Counted from the first letter of the whole stretch, positions 11,871 through 23,802 are shown. The stretch is DNA of 54,469 nucleotides, filler included, from Trypethelium eluteriae (GCA_051942245.1; 2 parts of 2 records of this genome joined end to end with filler, not necessarily neighbours in it); one strand, 5' to 3'. Notes: generated by a model from the letters alone, not told the origin. Program-made: numbers and translations.

Positions 11871-14483
11871 CTACGTCTCTGGTCCTGATTCCATTGCAAC
11901 ATGAATCGGTCGTTTTAGCCTTTTGGAAACTTGCTTAGAACCCCCTCTCACGTTGATAATATACCTTTCGGTTACCTTAAGGGACTCATTATCCCCCGGG
12001 ACAGGCATTGTCTTTGCCTTTTGGATCGCACAAGGCAGACAGCAATCTCCCTGATTGACGATAGTCATGTAGTTAACAGAGAGTGCTCTCGCAACATTGA
12101 TCTTGCCGTTGTGCTGGAGCGCCGAAGTCATATGCAACGTGATACCTGATCCGTCCTCGTCTGGTGCCCTTCCATGGAATGGTATCGCCGATCCCACCTT
12201 GTTGAGACCATAGAAGGTGTCCTCGTTTTGCCAGCGGCCTAGTAGGTCATCGAAATCATACAGCTTGATGACATCTTCTGACTTTTCCATTCGTTTTGTA
12301 TTGTCCTTATGGCCACATTCGACAATGGGCAAGGACCTTGCCAAGCGGATCATGGCGTCGACAGGGTCGATTATTCTTGCGAAAGTGTCCGACTTAATTC
12401 TCAGTAGAAGGCGATAGACATCTACATCTGCCGAGACCAACATTGCCTCTACTTCAAAATTAGAATCATCTTCTTTCACCGAGATATTATCAGTTAGCGG
12501 TTCGGACCATTTCTTGAATCGTTGGTTGAAGCTGCTGGTATCCTCTGTGTGCTCTACCTGGATAATCGCGAACTGCTCGGGAATGCCGCGAAAGTAATGC
12601 TGCCCAGCCGATCCTCTCATTACGCCCAATTTTCCTTGTACCCTGCTGAAGTGGAAGCATCGTTTCACATCTTCCACTTTTGTTAAATCAATCCATGGTG
12701 CCATCACAGCCGCATTGCCGTATTGAATCGCTCCGTATGCCGTTCCGCCCAGCTCAATGTCCATAACATGCTCTACGAATGGACACCCTAGATAAACACA
12801 AGCTGCTGTGTTGAACCATGTGTCCCACCTTATCTGTTTGCGGAGTAAGAGCTCGGAAAATACTGTCAGAATTGATTTCAACGGGTGTTCACAATCCCGA
12901 ACTCCAGAGATGTCTGGTGCGCCGAAACCATCGGCAATCGCATGACTGACCAGTAACAACACAGAGGATACAGCGACGCGAGCTTTACATCCAGACTGTA
13001 ATGAGGCACTGGACTTCTTGTCATGATTGGTAGGAGTCCTTCGATTGAGAACACAGTGTTGACATTCGCACTCTGCTTTTGCTGCAGATACAAGGTCTCT
13101 GAGAATCGGGAACGATAAGATGACATCTTCGGAGAAATCGACATGTTCGTCTGTCCATCTTGCCTCGAAATTTGCCGAGGCAAACATATCTTCGTCCATT
13201 GGTTGCGATAGTTCATCGTCGTCAGAGTTCTCTGGGTCCAAAGTGGGCGCATAAATCACATGCTTGGATTTTTGGAAAGCTTTCCCCCAATTGAAGTTGA
13301 GAATCGATGGGCTTCGTCCAAGAATCGTTCCAGGAAGTGGTTCAGTCTCTACCTTGGTGTTGATGTCAATATCCAGTGATCGTATCGAAAATCCGAAGTC
13401 TGCATCGACAGGAATAGTCACAGGAAGTAATAATAGCCACTTGACAACAAGCTGCGCGCTTTGACGAGCCATTACCTTCAGCTCCTCTGAGAGCACTGAG
13501 GCGCCTAAATCGTGTGTCTTCATCACATCGTAGAGATTCCGTCGAGCCCTTGCAGTCTCCGGCATATCAAAAGAGCTCGGATAGGTGCCGCTAAGGAACT
13601 CTTCAAAAGACCCTCTGACATCGGTGAAGAGCCTGTATGTATCTCCCTCGTTACTGCAGTCTTGTTCTTTGCTACAAAATTTCTTTACTTTCAGCTCCAG
13701 TATCCGTGGACTGTCGCCAGAGCACTTGTCATATAACACTTTTCCACTGACGCTAACTATCAATCTGCCATGGAAGTGTAACATGAGCCACAGTGAAAGG
13801 TTCTTCAAAAGATGCTCTGACTCAATGATAATTCTATCACGCGGTGTCCTCAGCGCGTGAGCGGCCATTCCTAGTTTATCGCCGTTCAAGTGATGCCCTC
13901 TATCACAGACGGCTTCCAGTTGTGCCGGTAGTTGTTCGATTCCTTTGCCAGGATTGACAATATTGAGCCACACGCTCGAGATGATTCGGTCGACCACCGC
14001 CTTCATTTCTACGCGACTCGAACGGTATTTCAACTCGAACTCGGGATGTCCCTCATTGCTCGGATCCGTGAGCATGATCATCATACAGATGGCGTCGGAG
14101 ATAAATCTATCGTTGTGAAATTGATACAAGCAAGCTGTTGTCGACGCGATCCATGACAGATGTGAGTCTTTCACTATAAGCCGACCCAAAGAGCCGCTCA
14201 GTTGAGCCTAAAGGGGGAAGATGTTGTCGCTCGCTTTCTCCTTTGCGATCTTATCATAGAAGTTCTCTCCGGCTCTGTTGGCATAGACAATGCCTCTTGC
14301 CTTCTCAAAACATTCGTAGAGTTCATGACGGTTGACTTTCTCCAGCATTAGCCATTGTCCGAGCTCATAAAGCCCGCTAGTGAGGCCGGAAGTTTGGCCA
14401 AGGATGGAAGTAAGATCAAGAACTCGAGCGGTGAGATCGATGGACCGCACTGCGAGCGTCGTTTGTGCAACTTGCCCAGACAT
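11871..14483 (-). pseudogene. Large fungal hypothetical protein (about 870 codons, CxCxxC and CCxxC motifs) interrupted by one in-frame TAG
   Basis: ORFs 14208-14483 and 11871-14189 share a frame; the junction reads TTC CCC CTT TAG GCT CAA CTG AGC GGC TCT TTG GGT (FPL*AQLSGSLG). Contains AECECQHC and GDCCLPCA. Confidence 0.65.
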
Positions 14484-14930
14484 TCTCTCTGGCTTTCTTC
14501 ACACTGTAATTGAGCATCAACAGTGGGCTTGCTTCGTTGTCTGCCCAAACGCTTCGCAATGAAGCTTGTCGTCCAAACTTCTTGTGTGACCTTCGAAAGG
14601 TGACATCAAGCTCGATGTAAAGACGTTGAGCACTTCGCTACGCGCTCCGCCTTCAGCCTCGTCCATCTTGAGACAGTTTTTCGTAGAAGGCTGCCTTCAG
14701 GACGTGCTGACCAGTGAACGTGGCCGCGCCAACGCCACGACTATGCCGATTTGATACACCTTAGTCATCACTCCATTGTGCGCACCGTTTTGAGCATTTT
14801 TTTGGACAAAGTCCTGGACTTTTGACTATCACAAAGAGGATTTGAGAATCGCCGTTCAAGTATCATGCTGCAGTTGGCTGAATGGTGTATCAGCAAGTGA
14901 GCGGTATCACGTGTGACAGTGTCTTAAGTA

Positions 14931-15111
14931 CCTTACGGCGGCTGGGGGGTTCCTCAACTGGTAATTAATACAATGTTATTTTGAATTCGCTGTTATGACT
15001 TTGTTGGTCCATGTTAACACCGCCTTAACATGGGCCAACATGGTCATAACAGTTAAAATGAGGTAACACTGTATTAATTACCAGTTGGGGAACCCCCCAG
15101 CCGCCGTAAGG
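14931..15111. mobile_element. MITE-like foldback element (181 bp) flanked by TA
   Basis: Outer inverted repeats 14931-14978 and 15064-15111 match at 46/48. Inner inverted repeats 14990-15017 and 15025-15052 match at 25/28. TA lies at 14929-30 and 15112-13. No ORF. Confidence 0.8.
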
Positions 15112-15961
15112 TAGTTTAAAGAGGCAATTAGGATGTTCTATGATGTCCATACGAAATAGCTTGATCATTCACGTTGACCTTTCAAGCTGAGTTAAAACAC
15201 GTCATCTTTTAGGCAACCTCGCGGCACAGCGACCCTCAGCAGATTTGCTGGTCCCTTTCTACATCTTCACTGCTGCGTCTAGGTGTATTGATTCTTCTGA
15301 GAGCTAGATCAATATACATAGCAGAACAAGTCTTGTGGTACAGCACACCTTCTAGAGTGAAGAGCTCGAGAATCCTCGCTTCGGTTGTCTTCGCTGCTTC
15401 AGCCGCACCGTCAAGATTGTCAGGTTGCATTTGACGAATTGAAGACTTCTTACTGTCTATTTTCAACGTATTTTACTAGAAGTTCTAGGGCAAACAGCAC
15501 ACACACTCTCTGCCGATCAAACGCTAGAGTTAAAGCCTTCTCGTTGTCTTGATATCTAGGTATTCAGGAAGATATCAGGCTTCAATGGGACTACGATAGC
15601 GAGAGGATAAAGCGGAAGCCGCAAAGCGTCTGGCGGCTCTGGTGGCGCTAGTGCCCACAAGAGATAGTTCAGCGAAGCATGCTACCTGGAACTGAATGTG
15701 CAGGTGATACTTGCTAGACGATTAAGTGTATCAATTGCCGCTACCAACGTGGACGGGCATAGAAGACCTAAAGATATGAGCCTGAGCACTCATACGTAGG
15801 TCTCATCCAAGCATACCGGGGTATGCGCGTGGAATTGACGCTATCTATCGAAGCTGTCTGCGGATATTTCGATTACGATCCGGGCCACTCACTATTCTTA
15901 CTGTACATCACCCTGATGGGCAGCTTGCTCTTCGCCGACTCCACCACGCACTCATCCAATC

Positions 15962-18527
15962 TTACGCCGTGCCTGGTGCAAAGCCGGGTGCAAGACTGAG
16001 GTACCCTGTTTTCGTTATACGCACGTCACCCAGATGCGCCTGGCTTCGACTTGGCCAACGGACTTCGTACATCAGCTGGTGTCCCTCCACAATAATCACG
16101 AGGTCAAAGGTCACGTCGATGCTCGTGCGCTTCGCCATCTTTGCGGCTGTCTGGGCGTAGGCATTTTCCTTGGTGGGCAATTGCTTTCGGAACTCGGTCA
16201 TGTCAATTCGGATCTTGCCGAGCCGGGCTGCTCCTGCGGATTGGTTAGCGGTGTGAGGAACGGCCCCAGTGAAAAGAGAGAAATGGTGGGAAAGGGTTTT
16301 AGGGGGTTAGGGGCGGAAAGGAGAGGTTTCGGTTGGACGAATTGAGGCAAGAAGAGAAGAGGAGAAGAGGAGACGTCAGTTGGACAGACCTGCGTTCTCT
16401 GTGTGGTCGTACGGGAAGTGCGAACGGTGCCGTTTGGGTGATGCGTAAAGACACTCTTCACACACCAATTTGAGTTCCTTCTTCCCAAAGGTGTGCGAGG
16501 AGATGATCGGATCTGATACGAATCTCGTGTCAAGCTTGTCATTCTGGAACGCCGGAAGTCAGCCATCAGCTTCATGCTTCCGCCGGATAAGATCTTTGTG
16601 AATGTACCTTTTGGATGACCCAGAGGATTGTGTCCTTGACGTATTTGAAGCCGTCGACCTTGTCGACCGAAGGCACCAAGCCAGCTTCGACGTGTTCTGG
16701 CCACTCGTTATAAGGCTCGGCGCGCAGGAAGCCATAGCTGACCCTCGAGATACGTGAGGGTCCATTCGCTTTGTTGAGTGACCGCAAAACTGCGCCTCTG
16801 GCTACGGTCGACTTCGAAAACTCGTTAGGCCAGATGAGGCTGATCTTGCCGCCCACCATATTTGCCCTGCAGGCAACGACCTCTTCAATGCGTGCGCGCA
16901 ACGCAGGCGAATCACCAAGCCCCCCAACAACCACGATATTGATCACTGCTAAGCCCTTCTGTGCCGCACGATCCAGCTGTGATTCGAGCAGCCGGCTCAC
17001 ACCGTCCAGGCAGTCCTTGAACATGTCGCGGTTCTCCTGCTTCGAGAATTTGAGACGCCCATCTCTGATATTTTTCTCCGGGTGACACTTGTTTCTCAGG
17101 CCTCCTATGTACACGTGGCGCAGGAGGGTTTTTTTGTCTGTGAAGTCGATGTAAGGCTTGCTGTTCAACTCAAAGTCTGCGACGAGTGCAGCAACTACGT
17201 TATTCATTTGGTCAGCTCCTCCATTGAAATCCGTGCCGTCTAGTCTCTCTAGAAGTCTCCTCTTGTACGCTTCGTTGATTAGCGAAGACCCGCAAAGAGC
17301 CCCGCCCGCAGGGATCATTTCACCTTGCAAGCGCAATGGTCCATTTCCGTCAGAAGTGACTTTATATGTCGTGACGTCCACAGTACCGCCACCTGCATCC
17401 AACAGAATGAAGGTCTGATTCTGCCTCAGTCGTCCTTTCTCCCCCAGTGACGCGAGCACGAATTGGGCAGCAGCCTCGGGCTCGGAGACAATGAACAGGT
17501 CCGCAATGATGGCATCTCCTAACAAGGTTCCAAGACCTGATACGCGAACGGCTTCTGCCATGACGTTATGCATGGTTAGGGAAGCAACCTGCGACCAAGA
17601 GACTGGGACGCATAAGACGTACTCAATTTGCGTGTCGTCAGTCAGGCCCTCGTTTTTGCGCAGGATCGTCTTGGCATGGCTCAATAGCCGAACGAGATAG
17701 TCAGTCAAGATGTCGTTCAGACACTTGATTGCCTTCCGGTCCTGCAAACGGCTCACCTGCTCCCGCAGTTCTTGCTGTACGTCTCTCAAACGTTTAGTCG
17801 GTACACCACCAGGTTCGCCGCTCTGCTTGTTTGCATCGTCTGCCTCGTCCGCCTGTTCATCGCCGAGGCTCAACTTGATCAGTCTCACAATCTCGATCTC
17901 CTTCGAGCGGATTTCATGGGGATTTTTCTGTATGCGGTGTACCTGATATCCCCACTCAACGTGGCCCTGTCGTGTCCAGGTTTGTTGCCCGGCGCGTCTT
18001 GGCCGCTTGCGGCTCCGGCGCTCAGGTCTTGTCGGAAGTGGGCCGATGGGAGATTCGGAATCTTGCTCAACCCCATTTTCGCTGGACGTTGAGTCCGAAT
18101 CGGAGGCCTCAGAGTCAATGGGCGACGAGGTTTTGAAGTAAAGAAGCTCGGTAGGCACGTTGTTGTTTCGCGTATTCTCTTTAGCGTCGGTTGAGCCTGC
18201 AGCACTCGGGTAGTTGGTGATGCACCGAATATCATTGCAACCCAGGTCGCTTTTGTCCGTCCCAGGCTCGACTTTGACATAGGCAACCGTGGAGTAAGTA
18301 GTCCCAAAATCGATGGCCACGATAAATCTGGGACTAGATGGCTCTGGATGCTGCTGTTGTGTCCCTCCTTCCCGTTCGCCATCTATCTCTGCTCTGCCGC
18401 TTGGAGACTCGTCAGTGTCAGTTGCAGTGCTGCCCACAGCATGGGTGTTTGGGAGTGGTACAACTCGGGGTTCCTGCTGCATTGGACGAAAGATTGGCCC
18501 TGGAGGATTCACATTGACCGTCGACAT
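15962..18527 (-). CDS. Atypical Hsp70/actin-like ATPase (HSPA12-like fungal Hsp70), 3 exons
   Basis: IVAIDFGTTYS (phosphate 1), VSEPEAAA, LLDAGGGTVD (phosphate 2), CGSSLIN, VVGGLGDSP (adenosine) and VARGAVL. Introns follow WVIQK (donor 16607) and HTENA (donor ~16390). Ends LAPGFAPGTA* with no EEVD. Confidence 0.9.
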
Positions 18528-19015
18528 TGTTGTCGTCCACAAGGGTTCACAGTTGAGGCTACATCGAACGGATCAGGACCAGCGCAAGTATTATGCCGAA
18601 TTTTGATGGAAGGCTGCTGCCTCACAACGCCTACAGCCAGCCAGTACGGATAGCAACGGACGTCGACGGGGCAAGGCTCAATTGGACTGCGCCGCCAACT
18701 GGCTGAGCACATCTTCTATTGCAGGAGGCTGTCACCCTGTGAACCCCTGGCTGGAACGGACCGCTGAACGCCTTTCCCCGGCGGCTGTGCCCAGGTTCTT
18801 GCCAGGCAACAACGGGGGGCTCGCGTGATGCAACGCAACCCCTGCATAAGCGCCATCATCCTGGTCGCGGGATAGGCGCCGAGAGACGCTCGCAACACTA
18901 GCGTGCGCCATGCCAGGTCAACTAGGTAGCCGCAACCCTCCCACAGGGTTTGGTCGTTCTAAAGCACGCTTCTTCCCCTCTCGCCGTATTCCATCTCCAA
19001 GTGCATGGTAGAAAA
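18528..19015. promoter_or_regulatory. Probable bidirectional promoter shared by the Hsp70-like gene and its partner
   Basis: 488 bp between divergent ATGs at 18527 (-) and 19016 (+). Inferred from geometry only. Confidence 0.5.
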
Positions 19016-21119
19016 ATGGGCAGGAGAAAGAAACCAAGAAAGGAGAAAGTACCAAAGCCGGACCGCCCTCTTCATTGTTTGTGGCCAGAGGAAGCGATCG
19101 AGGAGTTGATTGCCTTTCTCGATCATGCGGGGGCTGAAGGTTTTGAGAAAGCTCAGATCAATGAAAGCGCTGCAGAGCACTTGAGCCTCTGCTGCCACAA
19201 TGGGCGATACTCTTCCGACCAGGTCATGCGCAAGCTTCACTGGCTCAGACAGTTTTTCGGTCCGCAGGATGACAGATCAAGAGATCTGGATAGGATCTAC
19301 ATCGAACGCTCTAGTAATCTGACCTGGTTCAACGAGGGGCAAAAGGTGAAGATTGCGAAGAGAACATCGGAAATCAGAAAAGAGCGAGGGCTGGCGCATA
19401 TGCACTCCTCCAGAACATTAAGAAGTGGCTCTAAGCAGATCACCGAGAGTCCTGGCCTAGCAAGCAGATTGAGATCGGAGAGCAAGAGTACCACCGGTCT
19501 TTCCAGAGGGAGTCATGGTCCGCACGGAGTCACCATTCATCCTCCTCGGCGAAGGTCCACCACAGACGGTGTGGGCGAGGTGAGCAGTCTTATGTCCATG
19601 GGGTTCCGAAGGAAAGGCTAACCTCCAGTATGAGACGAATCCCTCAATTGACGACAGTCGAGGATGGCCAATCAAAGCCGAAGATACCGGCTCGTTGTTC
19701 GGCAGTCCCACCAGGCGAACGGTGGTCACGGTTGAAGTGCCACGGGCTTCTGTTGCTCCAGCTGTCCCCATTTTAGCTTCCATCCCAAAGGGGACGCTGT
19801 CTCTAGGATCCCGGTCTCCTCAAAGCTCTGAGATCGAAGAAGACCGGGAATTTGACAATGAAAACCTTGCCGCGCCGTTGACGACGATATGGTCCATGAC
19901 GGAGCGGAATAAATGCCTGGAGAGGGATCTTGATGAGCTTAAGAGGAATTTTGCATTGGATATCGATTTCTGGAAAGCGAGATGCCATTCCGTAGAGCTT
20001 GAATGTGCAGAGTTCAAAAGGAGTCAGGATGCTCTGACTGTGAAGCTTGAAGAGCTCCTTAGATCTGGTGGTCAGACGACCGTCGACGAAATCGTTCAAA
20101 TGCAGTCCACAGTCGACAAATTACAGTCGAAGTTGGCGCATCGAAGTGAAATTGCAAGGCTAATGCGGCCTGGCTCGCATTCGCTGGACAATGAGACGGC
20201 TTTGTGGGTTGCGAAGCGCATGGGAGAAGCTTATAGGAAGCTCGAAGAGATCTTTGTCACACATGATGCGGACGTCGACTGGACACGACTTACGCCGCAG
20301 CCAGGCAGTCTCATCACTCCACTGATGCACCGTGTCGTTCCGACTGGTACAAGATCGAAAGCCGAGGTTGCTAGCGCACTCAAGCTCCTCCGTTCCCAAG
20401 GGATTACGCAAAGGCAGTTTCTCCAAGCGTTGAGTGCAGCAGCACTGGTCGAATGGGTATTCCAAGCAAGCACAGCTACGCTGACGCTAGATCGATACCA
20501 GGGATTTTGTGCTCCGGGCACGACGTCTGCGTATTCCAAGGCTTTGGCACATGTTGCCTGCAAAGGTATGCTTGTAATATGTGCCCCTGTCTGCTCAGAC
20601 TGATTCGCAGCAGATTCAGATTTCGCAAGCAATATCGACCTGGATATCCACCGCGACATAATCGACGAAGCAGCGTTCAAGCATTTTCTAGAAGGTAAAG
20701 CCACAGACCTTGGATGGAAGCTGCAGGAAGCATTCGAGCCGTTGTCGGCGAGACAAGATATCGCAGATAGCACTTCTGCAACTTCCGACGATGAGCCGTC
20801 CCTCGGAGAGCAGCTGGCAGGAGTATTCACAAAGAGCATGGAGGTACAGTGTCGATTGCGTGTCTCAGGAAGGCGATTTCGGTGCACTTGGTATTCATTA
20901 GGGCAGGCGACCGACCCCGAGCATATGACTATCTGTGGGCAGAAACATAGCGACGCTGAAGGTCAGTCTCGAGTCGGTCTGACGCTCTTGCCTGGGATCA
21001 ATGAGATCTTGGATGAGACCAGCGGCGCTGGCATGAGCGGGTTTGTGGATGGCTGCAGTGGGCGCGAGCCCACTGCCTGCCTCGTCCCAGCAGTAGTCTT
21101 GTGTAGGAATATGCCATGA
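19016..21119 (+). CDS. Hypothetical protein: Myb/SANT-like N-terminus, disordered linker, coiled coil, GrpE-like C-terminus (3 exons)
   Basis: Exons 19016-19579, 19629-20565 and ~20614-21119 join in frame via GTGAGC..GCTAAC..CAG and GTATGC..CAG introns. Shows LWPEEAIEELIAFLD..YSSDQVMRKL, heptad-rich LERDLDELK..LEELL..VDKLQSKL and the C-terminal GQATDPEHM..VGLTLLPGI..LVPAVVL. Confidence 0.75.
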
Positions 21120-21374
21120 AACGAAGTTCTAGAGCAGTCCAGTAGTAATTGATTAAGGCGGTTGGGCTGTCCTGAGCGTCGGATGCTTGTCGCAGTAATG
21201 CACCAGGCCCCTGTACGGAGTACTGTAGCCTGATTTAGCGCCAGTGCCTGCTCCTACTCCGAGGCGCGCGCGAACCAGCCCAGCCCCGCCACTCCCGCCC
21301 GGCTGTGCAGTGGATCGCGAAGTACGGCCAGCGCCTGAGATTCCGTAAATTAGGGGGAGATACTCAGACACTCG

Positions 21375-21404
21375 ACTTCTCACTTCTCACTTCTCACTTC
21401 TCAC
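21375..21404 (+). repeat. Tandem 7-mer (ACTTCTC)x4
   Basis: Four perfect copies ending 16 nt before ATG 21421. Confidence 0.9.
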
Positions 21405-21420
21405 ATTTGTCGTAATTGAA

Positions 21421-23802
21421 ATGGGGCCGAAAAGAGAACGAGCGACTACCGAGAGCGAACAATTGGTGGCATTGGTTCATCAGTACAAGGTACTGTTCCT
21501 AAATCCTGCAACATCGAACCGAAACCAGACATGGGCGAAGCCGTACAAGCATCTCCTCGATCAGATTGTCGAGATCCAGGCTGTCTGCTTTAAAGCGTAC
21601 CCACACGCAAATCACCCTGATGTTGAAGGAGCCTGCAGGAGGAAACTCCTGGCTCGCAAGATCCAAGCCAACGCGACCCGGTGCAAAACGGAAAGGAACA
21701 ACGAGGCTGGATGGATCAACAATGTCGCATCCTTGGTCTTTGAACGTTTGAACGGGATCGAGTTCGTCTGGTGAGGGGAGCCGACCTCATGAGGATCCCG
21801 TACTGATGCCTGACAGTCAAAAGTGCCATAAGCACAAGTCGAAGCCGGATTTTGTTGCATTACCAAACGACAGGACGGTGGCGCAAGAGCTTCTCCGCGG
21901 GCACGCGGCCAGATCATTGTGCAAGTGCAGTGCCATAGAGAGAGCAAGTGCTGTGGAGTAATCGCCTCGTGCCCCACGGCCGCTTCGGAGGACTGAACTT
22001 ATTGCTAGGGACGATCCAGTCCGGCCGTCGATTTTCTCAAACAAATCAGACGAACGAGTACTGCACCGAGATAGTGGCTTGCAGCACGTGAATGTTGACC
22101 AAAAGTATAAGAGGCCCGATTTCGTGGTTGGATTGAGCATGACGACGTCATTTGTGCCTTACATAGGCCCGCTAGCATCGGACAGATGCAGTCCTTTCGC
22201 AGACGGGTCCACTTGCTTCCCTTTCTTGGTAGTGGAGGCCAAGTCTGAAAAGGCCGGCCCCGGGTTTGAAGCCATTCAACGCCAGTCGGCACTGGCTATC
22301 AGATCGTGTCTGAAGTTACAGGTAGACCTCGAGACGAATTCTGGCAATGAGCTGCTACATCCGCTGGTTTGGTTCATTGGATTCCAAGGAGATGAATGGC
22401 GTCTATACTGTGCTATGCCCAACGCCGATGAGACTGTAGGTTGCGCACAGCTTATGAGATGTGGTACTGACTATCACAGAAAGTCGTTGACTGTTGGCAC
22501 GGTTATCTGGCCAATGAAGACCAAGCGTTGCAATTGTTGCTGATCATGGATTGGATGTGTTACTGGGCACGAGACGTGTATCGAGAAGCAGTGCTGAAGT
22601 GTATGATGGCCGTGACGTCTCTGGACAGGGGTGTGTCACCGGCTGAGACGATATTTTCAGCCTCCAGCGACGACACTGGCGGTGAACTCTCTTCGCGAGC
22701 AGTATCGCTTGCTCTGAGATCTTCCAGACCACCGCCAGTCAGATCTAGTCCCTTGCCACAGCATGCCGAGATCCCAGAAGCGGGACAAATGCACGAATCC
22801 CTTAACGAATTCGCTGAAGACACCTCGATGGGAGGTCAATCTTCATCATTCAAAGACAACCAAGGCGGTGATGCGATCGAGAACACTAATGGTATCGTGG
22901 TGGTTGATGCGAGCAACCCTCTTGTGGAGTGGAAACACTTCTCGGTCCCCGAAGAAGGAACGGAGCTCCTGGAAATGTTTCGCAGCGCTTCCTGGGATAC
23001 AAGGTTCCGGGAAACAGCTTGGGAGCTGCTTGAGCTTCTGACCGATGAGGCACATACCTTGCGAATTAGTCGACGTGTGGTCAAGGACTTGTGGGAAGGG
23101 AGGTCAGAGAGCTCTGATCAGGAATTTGAAGACGAGGAACCAATAGCCACACTCGTCGTGTGCCGCAGTCGTTTTGACCAAGCGACATGGCAAGTGGTCC
23201 AGTCATACACCGTTATCACATGTAGCCAGGAAGCGGCACAACAGCTAGCAATCGTTGCCCGAGCGGGCGAAAGCGCCACCTTGCCACTGAGCTACTGGAA
23301 GGCTCATGATTGCGATTGCTTGATGATAGCAGCCAAGGCCTTCCAGTCACTCAATGGGAGGCAGTCCGCATTGTTTGCGAACTCACAAGATGCATACTGT
23401 CTTGTACACGATGGCCTGGGCCATGGAGGGGTACACAGTCGATGGGAACGATACGAAAGGGGTCAGTCCAGGCCACTGCTCGAAAGGATCGAGACCTTGG
23501 TCAACAATATGGGAGCCGGGGCTCCGGAGCTTACGCGTTTTGCGAACCCAGCCTCTCAATGGTCTCCCAGCATCGATCATTTATTCGACACCCGGACCCT
23601 CGACAATTTGCCGGGAATGTTGCTGAAGAGACCGACTCGGTGGCCGTCCGGATGTCCATTGTGGTGTTTCCTAACATTTGAGCCGACTGAGTCAAGGAAT
23701 ATAGAGCGACAACTCGCACTTGTTAGGGAAGGAAACGGAGTCTTTGCAGCCGACGATATGACGAGTGAAGGCCATCAGCCCCTTGCAGAAGCAATTGCCT
23801 AG
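21421..23802 (+). CDS. PD-(D/E)XK nuclease-like domain protein (4 exons)
   Basis: Introns 21771-21816, 21958-22008 and ~22436-22479 give one frame. Motifs: NEAGWIN..VF, CQKC..CKC, RPDFVVGL...FPFLVVEAKS..Q, LVWFIGFQGDEWRLY, CWHG..ALQLLLIMDWMCYWARDVYR. Confidence 0.75.

Noticed and set aside
15236..15466. 76-aa minus-strand ORF next to the MITE
   Set aside because: Non-ATG start and no transposase or other motif.
21421..23802. Spok meiotic-drive gene
   Set aside because: A nuclease-like domain is present, but no C-terminal kinase-like domain is recognisable.
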